In this document: one piece after another, positions 35,201-44,946 of the stretch | Position numbering within the stretch: the stretch's first letter is position 1 | Layout of the letters: the number at the start of each line of letters is the position of its first letter | Assembly (NCBI GenBank): GCA_015680685.1 | Contig: MNCI01000520.1 | Coordinates: forward strand, 479,731-543,730 | DNA: 64,000 bases | Reading direction: 5' to 3' | Source: Gnetum montanum | Taxonomy: Eukaryota > Plantae > Gnetophyta | Translations under genes and position numbers: made by a program | The notes under the pieces: model-generated | Told to the model about the DNA's origin: nothing | Databases searched by the model: none | Seen by the model: only the letters and a program-made list of their open reading frames with translations

Positions 35201-37218
35201 CTGCAATTACGAAAGATTTTAGCAAACTCAATGATTCTTCACCTTATTTTAATCGCCCACTTCAACGGTTAACATATTGGCATCTAGTCTGAAAGGCTAC
35301 CAGGTTGTCTGTTTGACCCTCAGGTGCATGCTGTACCTTGTTAGATTTCTTCCCGTATGCAGAGTGGTGTTATTTGCAAGTTTTGAACATTATGGGCAGG
35401 TGAATTTGTCTTCAGTTTGCACATGGTTGAAACAGTATAAATAATTTATATTATTTTACACTAGAATGCAAAATTTCTCTCTTTGTTACGTGTAGTTCTG
35501 AGCTATGAAAAGCATGAATGCCTGTACAGAAACACGGAAAATGACACCTAAAAATAGTGGAATCCTAACTTTACTGTTATAATTCATTGTGGACCTCTTT
35601 GATTCAGACCTATATTAAAAGGTAGTTTTCGTTATCCTTTATCTCTTCCTTGAACATTGATTGAGCTAAGGTATGAATGTGAAATTCAATTGTTTAGTAT
35701 TAGCTATTGAAAATTCTAAAAAATTATTAAGAAACATCCTCCACTTTAGCCATCCCAGCATTTAAATTTTTGAATTTATTGTACAATATTCGGCTATTTC
35801 TGAAAAAATTTGACATTCTAGTGTTTCCGAAGATTTCATGCAAGCATGTACTGCTTGATAGAATTTCTTCATATGCAGATTGCAGTATGCAATGAAATTA
35901 AGAGATAGTTTACATGCTACTGAACATATTGCCTTCGATGCTGGCACGGTATTTTTGTTTTTTAATGAAACTGCATAGAGACAATTCCAAATCATAGAAG
36001 TTGTGGCACAGTATTTGTTGTTATCTATGACTTTTGTTAAGTTGTACTGTGTTTTCTTTTCTTTTTGATTTTGCATCCTCTGGTTAGCTTGGGGTTCTTG
36101 AAGCAAATTTTGATTTCGATAGTTGATACAGCTAGTAGAAGAGGGATATCATCGGCTTGAACGATTTGTTATGAGATGTTTATAAAATCTGAATTATGGC
36201 CTTATTATATAAGAAATGATTCTTGTTTGCTTTCTATCGGGAGTGGTAGCTCACACCTTACCACTTGAGGCATTACAGGCAACAAGACTTCTCCAAACCA
36301 AAGCTACAAGGGGAAGACTGCAGCTTGTAGAATAGTGGTGCATTTATGTTGCGGGATATTTCATTTATGCCATATCTAGTAGCTACTCTCACAGAAAATA
36401 TAGAAGCACAAAGATATTTTCTTACACGCTTCTTTCTCAACTTCTGAAGTGTTGGCTGTTAATCTTAACAGCAGCTCAAAAGTCAATGAGGTTGTAGCGC
36501 AATTATTAACCCGTATTTGTCCAAGCAATAAGTTACAACCTACGATTAAGGCACCATTATAGCTATGTAATATTATATCTATTCCTTCTGGGGAGAGAGT
36601 ACGCTGCACAGTGGAAGAAATCAGTTGGGGAACACCCTGCAGAGTAGGCAAAATCAGTTGTTTGGGTGCCTGTGTTACTGAAAATATTTTGGTTATTTAA
36701 TAATTTATCTTTCAAAGTACCAGTATGAAAATGGATTTTTTAACGTAGTAGTGCATGCTATTATATTTTATTAGCACAACAGGTAATATTTTATTCAACC
36801 CACATTGATATTTCCGTTGGAGCTGGGTTGCTTCAGGGTTTTCATCCCAAATATGCTTTTAAGAAAAGAAAAATATGGAATGTGTTGTAGGATGAGATTG
36901 CATTGAGAGCATTTGGAATGGTCCTTTATATACTTGATAGATTGTACAAGACAACAGAAGGGCATGCTAAGGCTTCCGGCGAATGGAGGAGGTATTTGCT
37001 TAAATATTAACATCTTTTAGTTATTTCGTTAACTCCATCTTATATATTTGCATTACAGATATTTAAGTTTTTGACGAAATCTACTGCTATGCAGATTACA
37101 GGCTGATATTATTATGCTGGCAAATCCAAGTCTTGCCACTCAGTACAAACTTGCAATAACTCTTCGAATGGTGTCTGCATATGAGTGTCTTCTCCCATCA
37201 TCAAGAAGGCTATTTTAG
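5094..37218 (+). CDS. DGS1: DGS1 / NCA2-domain mitochondrial outer-membrane protein, 14 coding exons, 1716-nt CDS (about 571 aa)
   Basis: All 13 introns are GT-AG with consistent phases. The translation has the family motifs LHDVQKNLLFWQ, MGSSDLDNWIKEAKE, SIRDELFETFRKRH, IQKLKLDIETAMLELNQILRANEINFAVLAALPAFF and YECLLP, recognised from Arabidopsis DGS1. The start ATG (5094 vs 5100) is inferred. Confidence 0.93.
5860..5995 (-). mobile_element. tRNA-derived SINE-like element, family B
   Basis: Minus strand reads gctaacttggttagag...caggttggattc, with tRNA-like A/B box spacing; degenerate. Confidence 0.45.
6053..6196. repeat. Perfect 72-bp tandem duplication in intron 1
   Basis: gatcatatctctatc...gttattcca is repeated identically at 6053 and 6125. 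Confidence 0.95.
6965..7060 (+). mobile_element. Short tRNA-derived SINE-like element, family A, with A-rich tail
   Basis: aatgaagtattaacttagtggtaagag...gtttgattctagtgggcaacattgagttatgaacaaaaaaa; inverted homolog of 3849-3932. Confidence 0.6.
8012..8129 (+). CDS. DGS1: DGS1 exon 2
   Basis: ASTQTVDTIIRLLEEMLELIISKLHDVQKNLLFWQSLSE; CAG acceptor and GT donor. Confidence 0.92.
8223..8426 (+). CDS. DGS1: DGS1 exon 3
   Basis: GTNSKKLQFMILKRGP...LSALLAK; AG/GT, phase 0-0. Confidence 0.92.
8748..8870 (+). CDS. DGS1: DGS1 exon 4
   Basis: IYKQVNTCEDQ...INKIMA; TAG acceptor, GTAAGT donor, 41 open codons. Confidence 0.85.
9116..9283 (+). CDS. DGS1: DGS1 exon 5
   Basis: NAVSAHH...FEKIPDE...WTDSEI...WLSMA; CAG acceptor, GTATGG donor. 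Confidence 0.9.
9430..10790 (-). mobile_element. Two old L1 3'-end (zf-RVT) remnants plus an RTE-type 3' tail at about 9979-10060
   Basis: GWLMIHRCYCKNAYEDGNHIF and NRCCLCKNACKDGNCIFLHC..IW; reverse complement of an RTE tail (agccaacccc...gggataaggc + (tga)n) at about 9980-10025. Confidence 0.6.
11209..15120 (+). mobile_element. Degenerate, internally deleted L1 LINE
   Basis: DUF4283-like ORF1 remnant (about 11500-12070), endonuclease start MKFLSWN at about 12795, RT remnants (YHPINLYN at about 14212, LKIDLAKAYDK at about 14403, DGIIHSFLWRG at about 14548). Ends approximate. Confidence 0.8.
15124..15979 (-). repeat. Athila-like 3' LTR (about 856 bp)
   Basis: Homologous in inverted orientation to 23152-24098 and, more distantly, to 59384-60250; TATA (cctataaat) on the minus strand at about 15858-15866. 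Confidence 0.75.
16131..16536 (-). mobile_element. SINE-like insert with tRNA-like head and RTE-type 3' tail, internally duplicated
   Basis: Flanked by a 49-bp direct repeat (16082-16130 / 16537-16585); (tga)n tail; tail similar to the RTE fragment at 34880; B-box-like gggtttgattcc; two internal units of about 150 bp. Confidence 0.7.
16722..19919 (-). pseudogene. Decayed Athila accessory ORF: plant-transposon-protein-like domain plus long coiled coil
   Basis: Starts MLPKRVPK (ATG at 19919); motifs AIAKALNLP, ANMAHLLF and LPFPCLIRKLCR (ORF 18546-19181); coiled-coil ORF pieces at 16722-18211; TATA-like ctatatatag at about 20502. Confidence 0.65.
20545..23070 (-). mobile_element. Older L1 (ORF1 plus endonuclease, lacking its 3' part), same family as the L1 at 24150
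   Basis: MKILSWNCRG*GTPYK...CDMVCLQETKL at about 21632-21520 is nearly the same as the ORF2 start at 25722; DUF4283-like ORF1 remnant. Confidence 0.85.
23152..24098 (+). repeat. Athila-like LTR (probably solo) with short internal tandem duplications
   Basis: Inverted homolog of 15124-15979; ends ...gccgctcatCA at 24098; TATA gcctataaat at about 23290; duplications of about 32 bp and about 62 bp near 23187 and 23340. Confidence 0.8.
24150..25720 (+). pseudogene. L1 ORF1 (Q/E-rich N-terminus, DUF4283-like region, zinc knuckle), disrupted
   Basis: SLIGHFVSWG, APVWMRVSRIP, CMRCGKPGHQEAAC; contains stops and homopolymer frameshifts. Confidence 0.85.
25722..28900 (+). pseudogene. L1 ORF2 core: APE endonuclease, reverse transcriptase, zf-RVT
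   Basis: MKLLSWNCRG, CLQETK, GNFN, EEETYWRQRSRVQW, GKALGPDG, FRPIGVCN, GLRQGDPLSP, HYADD, KIKIFLW, CSTC, WKARN. Confidence 0.95.
28904..30272 (+). pseudogene. L1 3' extension: plant-transposon-protein-like domain, coiled coil and DnaJ (J) domain
   Basis: Same frame as ORF2 through TAG stops to about 29400, one shift in a G run, then E/R/Q coiled coil and CPYLILGI...WAELR*HIRRTSVRCHPD...IQQAANFMDSEDHRNTLD. Confidence 0.75.
30681..31200 (+). repeat. Second, partial Athila-like LTR copy (continues 24105-24149; split by the L1)
   Basis: Homologous to about 23340-23920; joins across the L1 TSD. Confidence 0.8.
31723..31917 (+). CDS. DGS1: DGS1 exon 6
   Basis: ISKYRRPRRAARSWLKYTG...MGSSDLDNWIKEAKESTIAFWKDHVESP. 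Confidence 0.95.
32489..32589 (+). CDS. DGS1: DGS1 exon 7
   Basis: IISIRDELFETFRKRHQ...TANSLHR. Confidence 0.95.
32696..32785 (+). CDS. DGS1: DGS1 exon 8
   Basis: MLHDFCEEASGKKLPAEMSDQELMEMMISR. Confidence 0.93.
33148..33220 (+). CDS. DGS1: DGS1 exon 9
   Basis: YEKELAHPLQNLLAGDLGRAFLIQ. Confidence 0.95.
33336..33364 (+). CDS. DGS1: DGS1 exon 10 (29 nt)
   Basis: IQKLKLDIET; TGCAG acceptor and GTAAGT donor. Confidence 0.93.
33491..33614 (+). CDS. DGS1: DGS1 exon 11
   Basis: AMLELNQILRANEINFAVLAALPAFF... Confidence 0.95.
34461..34571 (+). CDS. DGS1: DGS1 exon 12
   Basis: DRSNEGKGAAARLYRRLLIGELEEKIIDYQ... Confidence 0.93.
34880..35185 (-). mobile_element. RTE-clade LINE 3' fragment in intron 12
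   Basis: DKLQELCLRWFRHVQRR (RTE C-terminal RLRWFGHVQRR motif), followed by an acccc...ggacaag + (tga)n tail. Confidence 0.8.
36891..36991 (+). CDS. DGS1: DGS1 exon 13
   Basis: DEIALRAFGMVLYILDRLYKTTEGHAKASGEWR. Confidence 0.93.
37095..37218 (+). CDS. DGS1: DGS1 exon 14 (stop TAG)
   Basis: LQADIIMLANPSLATQYKLAITLRMVSAYECLLPSSRRLF*. Confidence 0.93.
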
Positions 37219-37493
37219 TTTCCTTCTGAAGATAGACCAATGCCAATTTTGAAGTTTGTGCCATTCTTCATGATTTGTCTATAATTAATCTCAAGCTGAT
37301 TTATTTTTGAACCATTGAAGGTTTCGTTCACAAATTGTCTAAAAACGAAGAGTTGTACATCTGAAAAATTAAAATTTCAAATTGCTTGGGCACCAATTGA
37401 TTCTTCTTTTTGTTAATGCTCACTTAATTGAAACTCAGTGTAAATGTTGGAGATGGGATTGCCAAGGCCAAGAGAGGGCTTTTTTGTTGGAAG

Positions 37494-39182
37494 TGTAGCG
37501 ATCGAAAATGTCGGTGGCTGGAAAACACTGAGGGGTTGGCGGGCACGACAGTTTCGACCCCGTACCCACGGGAGGGCTGTGCTGGGTGTGTGCAGATACG
37601 AGGTGCCCTGAACGGTCTGGTCGATCAGATAAGGACGTAATCGGCGTTCATATAGCTTTTTGCAATGTATATTTTTGAAACAAGAACAAAAATGCGAAGT
37701 AATGCTTGAAAGTGAATAAAACAGGAAAATAGTGCAAAACACAATAATAAGCAGGAAACAAAGTAAAATGCGGTTACAAAAATGCACCACTCTGAAGCTA
37801 CAAGCTTGCTCTGTCGAGGTGGATACAGTTGGTTGCACAGCGTGGCGGAGTGCAGAGATCTCGAGAGTAACCAGGACATGTAGAGCAAAATAGGTTGTGC
37901 GCTTGGGCATGACCTTGGGCGTTGACAATGCATGGATTCTACCAAGGTGGTAGAAAGGGGGTGGAGCAAGATGCCAGCTAAAAATGTTAACTGTTTGCAA
38001 TGTTAAACAGAAAGCTTACAATACTTGATGTTACAATGTGCCAGAAAGAGAACTTAAGTGCCAGAGAGAGGAAAAGTCGAAGAATCTAGAAAATCTTCGA
38101 GCTTTCTGAATGTTGCTAGTTGGAAAAAATTCGAACTGTTTGAATGTTGTCTTTTTTAGGAAATTTCCAATCGGCCTTTTGAATGCTGCTCGTTAGGGTA
38201 TTTATAGGGCTAAAGGACATGCGAAAGGGGCGGTTTGGATGCCACATGCCTCAGGCCCACGTTGACTTACTGGCGCCACACGTGCCATGTATGACCGTTG
38301 GACCTACAAGATCGTTGTAATGCAAGTCTGTTATGTCATAATTGTGAGTCTGCTATGTCGTAATTACGTCGTCAGCATTTGGAGATGTGTGCCAACGGTC
38401 TAATTAGGTGAAGTGCATTGATGTTGCACAACCACTTGCATGCCCTGCTGTGCTTTGTAGCGTAGCATGCTTAGTGTAGCGTAGCACCTTGTCGTGCATT
38501 CTGCTACATGTGTGTTGCATACTTGTTACGCTATGCTATGCTACGTAGCGTAGCGACTGGTCTTAGTCGCGAAAGCTTTGTTGATTTGCAAACTTTGCTT
38601 TTTGCGATGCAAGACTTGCGAACTTTGCTAATTCTGCCCTTTGAGCTGCCTTCTATCTCTTTCGCAAGATTGCCATGCCTCGATGCACCATGTAGCTCAG
38701 CGTAGTGTAGCAGCAGACATGATCCGCTGCTTTTTGACGGAAAGGGACATTGTTGAAGGACTTGAAATTGGGCGAAGGAAAACTAGCTGTGAAGTTGTTG
38801 CCATGCTACGCTACATAGTGAGGCGTAGCGTAGCGTAGCACTTTGTTCTGTAATCGTCTTCTGAAGCTTGCTATGCTACATAGTGAGGCGTAGCGTAGCG
38901 TAGCAGACTTTGCGACTTAGAAAACTTGCCGAACTATTTTTGTGCATCCAGAATGTTGCTGCCAACTCCGCGCACTGTTTCTGAGCAGGCTGTCGGTTGG
39001 GCAAGCTACTTGGGTGGATAGGCAAGGTGACCCGTAGAGCTTATTCATGCTCAAAGTAGAAAATTTGTCGAACTGGTCGGCCTGAACTCAGAACGTTCTC
39101 CTCTTGAAGAACTGTCGTAGTGCTGTGCAAATTGCAATGCCTGGTGAAGCGAGAATGACCCTGTATTTTTTGGGGTGTTTCA
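37494..39182 (-). repeat. Tat element 3' LTR
   Basis: TG...CA termini; collinear with 54575-56258; adjacent PPT acaaagagggaccaa on the minus strand at 39183-39197; TATA ctataaata on the minus strand at 38199-38207. Confidence 0.95.
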
Positions 39183-40199
39183 TTGGTCCCTCTTTGTCGA
39201 CGTCTGGAGAATAGGCTCGATAGATGTCGACAAAGAATACAAAACACCATAGCAGGCGAAATGTTGAGGTTGTCGCTCGGTGAGTGTTGAGACGTCGCTT
39301 GACTACACTTGAGAGTGTTGCATTGGTTTTGTAGAGGTTAAGGCAAAGAGCAAAGATGATGTTTAGCAAAGTCCCTCGTCAGAGTGCTCTGGGGGGCTTG
39401 TTTGCGTTTTCATCTTTGGTTGGTGCTGTTCTTCAACCTTTCGTAGGATAGGTGTTTCCTTCACAAGATGAGTTACGTTACATCCGTGAAGGGTTTTAAC
39501 TTGCCTACAAACGCTTTTCATACGGCGAGTTGTGTTACGCACGTTATGGAATTTGCACTCTAAAGTAGCCAAGCTAGCTGAGGCACTTGCTTCACGACGT
39601 GGTAGCATTTGCTGCTGTAGCAAGACGTGCCCACGGGGGCAAAGGTCTTGTTGGCTGCTGTTGTTGTTGAAGCTGTTGGGCATCGTCGCTGGCGTGCGAT
39701 GTCCAAAGCAGGAAGGCCAACAGCGGCCTTGGTAGTATTGGTGTGGAGGAGCTGGCCTCCTAGGCGTTGGGAGTTGCTGTGGGTGTGGATGCTTTGGAAT
39801 CCCTACCAGGGGCTTGCATTCTCGGTTCAGCGATGGGATTAGCTACCACATAGCTAATGTCGTGCGAGCCCAGGCATTGGCAGGGAGCTGGAGTAACGAT
39901 ATTGTGGCTGGGCCACAATACTGTTGACACTCCAGATGTGGGAACTAGCCTAGGAACCACCGTCAGGGTGATGGGCCGTGGTGACGGTAGGTTCGGAGGG
40001 CTAGTATAATGCAATACAGCATCTTCGGAGGGTCAGCATGATGCCAAGGGTGGCGGTGCTGCATATGTTTCGGACCGCGTTCTCATTGCGTTGTGAACTA
40101 CGTTCTGGAGCCGCGACATCCCACCCACGCGTCGGCATCGCGCCCACTCGTTCGATGTGTATCTGGTGCTGGTGCATGTTGGGGATGTGACGCGAACAC

Positions 40200-40605
40200 A
40201 ATTTAAGGTTCTGGTAGACCGTGTGCTGGTTTAAGGTCCCAGTGGACCGCTGCGTTGGTTTAAGGTTCCAGCAGATCGTACATGCCAGTTTATCGTCGTA
40301 GTGGATGTGCAATGCCAGTTTATAGTCATAGTGGACTAGCAGTGCCAGTTTTACGTCGTAGTGGACGGTTGCAACCAGTTTAACGCCGTAGCGGGCATTG
40401 CTCGATGCCGCTAGTTTATTGTCATTGCGGACGCTGCTCGGTGCTGTTGCCAGTTTATCGTCGTAGAGGACGGTGCTTGGTGCGACTGCCAGTTTATCAT
40501 TGTAGCGGACAGTGCTTGTTACTGTTGTCAGTTTATCGTTGTAGCGAACGGTGCTTGGTGAGACTGCCAGTTTATCGTTATAGCGGACGGTGCTTGTTGC
40601 TGTTG
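40200..40605. repeat. Tandem array downstream of integrase (units about 30 bp, then about 39 bp)
   Basis: Core gccagtttatcgtcgtag(t/c)ggac repeated about 10 times. Confidence 0.85.
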
Positions 40606-40612
40606 TTGTGCT

Positions 40613-43600
40613 TCAGATGTAGTACAGCTTGAGATACGAGTGATTCACCAGGTTGGCGAACTCGTTGTCGTCTATGTCCGCCAGCTTGAAGGCTCCATTT
40701 CCAAAGGCTTTAGTGACCACGTAAGGACCTTCCTAGTTGGTTGAGAATTTGCTCACGTGCTCACGGACGGCCTTGAGGACGAGGTCTCCCTTCTGCACTG
40801 GCTGTCGATGCGGGTCTGCATGGTGCTTTTGCTGCTGCTTGCTTTGGTAGTGCTCAATCCGTTTCAGCGTCTGCGCGTGCTCCTCCTCCACTGAGTTGAG
40901 GTCAATGGTTTGCGACTCATTGTTCTGGGCTTCGCTCACGACATTCGCGAGGATCATTCGGAGTGATGGTACCTGCAACTCAAGAGGCAATACAGCTTCA
41001 GATTCGTAAACAAGACTGTAAAGGGTCTTACTTGTTGCAGTTTTGCACGTCGTTCTATAGGCCCAGAGGACGTAGAGGATTTGCTCATGCCACCACCTCT
41101 TGTTGTTGTTAAGCATCCGCTTCAGCAAGTTGATGATGGACTTATTTGTAGCCTCCGCCTGCCTGTTCACTTGCGGATAATAAGGGGAAGAAAATGATTA
41201 TTTAATGCTTAGATTGCTACAGAAGGTTTAGGTTTCCATACTGCTAAACTGTGGCCCATTGTCGGTCACAATAGTCATTAGAAGCCCAAACCTTGTTACG
41301 ATGTTGTCGAGGATGAAATGGTAGATTTGCTAAGACATCGTTTTCCTCAGGGGAATAGCTTCCACCCACTTGGTAAAATACTTAGTGGCGGTGATAATGA
41401 AGCTATGCCCTGCGGAGGACTTAGGCGTGATAGGCCCTATGAGGTCTAATCCCCATCGTTGGAAGGGCCACATGATTTGCATTGGGTGTAGGTCTGTAGG
41501 TGCTATGTGTATGAGATTTGCGTATCTCTGGCACGTGTTGCATGTCTTAACTTTCGACAGGCAATCACGTTCCATGTGGGGCTAGTAGTACCCTAGGCGT
41601 CTGATTTTGGCAGCCATAGCCCTGGGTGCTATGTGTCCACCACATAGCCCCTCATGTACTTCATTAACTACCTTCTGCTCTTGCTCGCCACCCACGCATG
41701 CTAGCAATATCCTGTCGTAGGAGCGTTGGCATAGGGCATCATTTCCCATGAGCACGTATTGCCGGGCACGCTTACGGATTGTATCTCTCTGGGTAGATGT
41801 TAATCCTCCTGGGGGTTTGCCGTGCTGTAGATAAGTTTTAATGTTGGCATACCACTCCTGGGTATCTGCAGCACTAACAGATGCCACGTGTCCCACTTGA
41901 GTGATAGGCTCTGCACATTCTATAATTGAGGTTGGAAGGTTTGCCAGGAAATGTGATGGAATGTTTAACGCAAGGGTAGCCAAAGTGTTTGCCATGGCAT
42001 TTTCGTTACGTGGCACGTGTTGCACATCTGTGGTTGCAAACTGCTTAAGCAGGATTTTTGCTAGGTCGCAGTAGGGTTGCAGGTGCATAGCTTTGCAGGC
42101 GTAGACCTTGGTGATTTAATTCACGACTAGTTGTGAATCTCCCTGGATTGCTAGGTGTTGTATGCATAATGCTCGGGCAGTCAAGAGGCCTCTGAGTAGC
42201 CCCTTGTATTCTGCCACATTGTTGGTGTAAGGGAACACAAATCGATAAGTGGATGGATACACTTCTCCAGAGGGGAACATGATCACGCGGTTGAGGCGTT
42301 GTCGAAATGTAAGGTGGCTTCGGAATGCGATGGGACGATGTGGACATTGCTAATGTATTCATCCAGGAATTCGGGGTCTATGGTTGCCTGGTCGTCGACT
42401 GGTGAGGCCGTGAGTTGGGTTGCTATGGCTTGACCCTTTGTCAACGATTGATTTACATAGCGTAAATCAAACTCCGCAGTTATTGCCTTCCATCAGGCTA
42501 TCCTGCTACTTTCATATAAGTTGTTAGTGATAGCCCGGAGTATATTGCTTTTGCAAATGATATTGGTTGTACTGCGGAACAGGTAATGCTGCCATTGTTT
42601 TAGTGCGAACACTAAGGCCAGGCAATTCCTCTCCACTTCGTTGTATTTCGCCTCGTGCACTATTAGTGCATGACTCAGGTACTACACTGGTATCTCAGAA
42701 CCATTGTCTCATTTCTGACATAGCAGTGCCGTGACAGATGTGTCGGAGGTGAAGGATTTATCCCTTTGTGGCGGATGCATGGTTGGGAGGTGTGAGAGTT
42801 CCTTCTTCAGGTCGTTGAAGGCTTGTTGACACTAGGTTGTCCATTCGAAGTTAATCCCCTTCTTTAGAAGATGTTGCATGGGGTCTAACTTGTCGGTCAA
42901 CCTTGCTATAAACCTTCGAATGAATTGCACTCTACCTTGTAAACCACATAACTCCTTAAGGTTTGTGGGAGGTGCTAGGTTGACGATGGCCTTGACTTTG
43001 TCAGGGTCCACCCGTATTTTGGCCTTCGACACTACGAACCCTAACATGCATCCAGTTTTCACCCCAAAGACACACTTCTTAGGATTGAGGCATAAGTCGT
43101 GCATTTGGCAACATTTGAGGACTACCCCTAGATCGTGTGGGTGATCAGCTGCCTCCTTGGACTTGACTGCTATATCATCCATGTAGTCGTTTAATGTTTC
43201 TAGGATGTAGTCACTGAAAATGTAAGTCATAGCTCGTTGGTAAGTTGCTCCAACATTCTTGAGCCCGAAGGGCATCATGGTATAGCAAAAGGTCCCTCAT
43301 GGGGTCATGAAGGTTGTTGACAGCTGACACCCTGAGTTAATGCTGATTTGGTTGTATTCGGAGAAACCATCCATGAAGGATTGTAGAGCATGGCCAGCCA
43401 TGGTGTCGATGAGCTGGTCAACGCTTGGAAGTGGGAAGTTGTCCTTGATCGTTGCCTTGTTCAAGTCCCGGAAGTCTATACAGATTTGTATTCCTCCCGT
43501 TTTCTTTGAAACCACAATGACGTTGGACACCCACTCTGAATAGTCAACCGTGTGGATGAAGCTTGCTTAGTATAGCTTAGTGATTTCATCCCTCACGGCT

Positions 43601-44094
43601 AGTGTGATTTCCGGCTTAACTTTGCGAGCCTTCTGCTTGATTGCCTTCATGTGTGGGTTTAGGATGATGTTGTGCTAAATCAGTCGCAGATCTAGACTCG
43701 GCATGTCGCTGTACAACCATGCGAAGACATCGATGTTGTCTTGCAGAATCTTAGCTACGCTTTTGTGCGTTTGTGTGTCTAGGAGGGAGCTGAGTCTTAA
43801 TGTTTTCACCTTTCCCTTTGACGTGGTCACAGGCGTCTCGACGAAAGGGTCTTTGGTTACATCCCCGGCCTCTAGGTCTTGGGCTTGGACCAGATGCTTG
43901 GGCCAGTCTGGGGATGCTTCTAAGGCTGCTATAGTGCTAGTTGTGGTCGACCCTCAATCGATCATGTCGGGGTTCAACTGTCTCGCGAGCTTGCCTTGTG
44001 GCCTTGCTAACATTAAAGGTGTGGATAGGTCACGATGGATTCCCATCTCTTGCTTGACCTGCCATCATAAGATGAAAGCTTGGTTAAGAGGCGT
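40613..44094 (-). pseudogene. Tat pol: RT, RNase H, additional RNase H (aRH) and integrase
   Basis: DVFAW, CIDFRDLNKA, FMDGFSEYNQI, MPFGLKN, YMDD; aRH TNNVAEY...GDSQLVV...HVPRNENAMA; INT HEGLCGGH, WGLDLIGP, WAYRTT, *EGPY; end LKLYYI*. In-frame stops and at least one frameshift. Confidence 0.95.
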
Positions 44095-44946
44095 CTGTTG
44101 GCAGAGATTGTGCGTAATGAAAATTTGCAAAGCAGTGACGAGATGCAACTTGCGAAGTGCGATGATGTAAAGATTGCAAGCTTGTCAGTTTAGGATCATG
44201 GCGGACTGCCAAGGCACAAGAGCATAGAACTGCTGACGTAAAGTGTGAAGTTATGTGACTGTCGATATACAAATGCCGAACTGCTAGTTTAGTGTCATTT
44301 CGGACTGCCAAATTGTATCATGTAAAATCTTATCATGCGAAATAATAGTATGTGAAACGGGAAATTGTGAATATGAGAAGTGCCAAATCGTCAATGTGAA
44401 AATACTAACTGCTGACATGAAAACATGAAACTGTTGGAAATTGCGACACTACCCATGTGGAAGAAGATGCGAAACCCGCCCGTGTAAGCATGCAATGTTG
44501 TTAATTTAACATCATTGCAGACCGCTAGGGGTGCAACTATGCTAGGGTTGCTTAGTTTGAGGTCTTTTCAGACCGGTCGTATTGCGATTGCCAGGATTAC
44601 TAGTTTAAGGTCTTTTCAGACCCTTAATCAAAAACAAATATTTTTTTTTTCGGGAAGGCAAGTAGTTGGCTTGAAGCATGTCAATGCTTAAATGCTAATA
44701 GTGCTACGATGTCGTGGCGAGCATGCTACGCTGTACGGTGTGCTTCGCATTAATCGGAGAGAGAGAGAGGCAAGTTTCCCTACCTTGTCATTATGGCCAT
44801 AAATAGGGGTTAAACTTTGGCAATTTTACCATTTTCATCATAAGAGTGTAGAGCACACAAGGTGATTTCGGAGTGCGAAGAAATTGTGTTAATTGACTAG
44901 TAAGGAAAGTTTTTGCAGTGAAAGGTGTAAATCTACAAGCAGGACA

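Noticed and set aside
35879-35948. Possible extra DGS1 exon (TGCAG...GTATTT)
   Set aside because: It has a stop in the required phase, and exons 12 and 13 already join to give a family-like sequence.
37413-38000. 195-aa minus-strand ORF with a paralog at 54532-55086
   Set aside because: Both are just the two LTR copies; the ORF ends run outside the LTR and no domain is recognisable.
40200-40605. Regular short repeats resembling a CRISPR array (also 49524-49990)
   Set aside because: The units are contiguous degenerate tandem repeats without unique spacers, lie inside a plant retrotransposon, and have no cas genes nearby.
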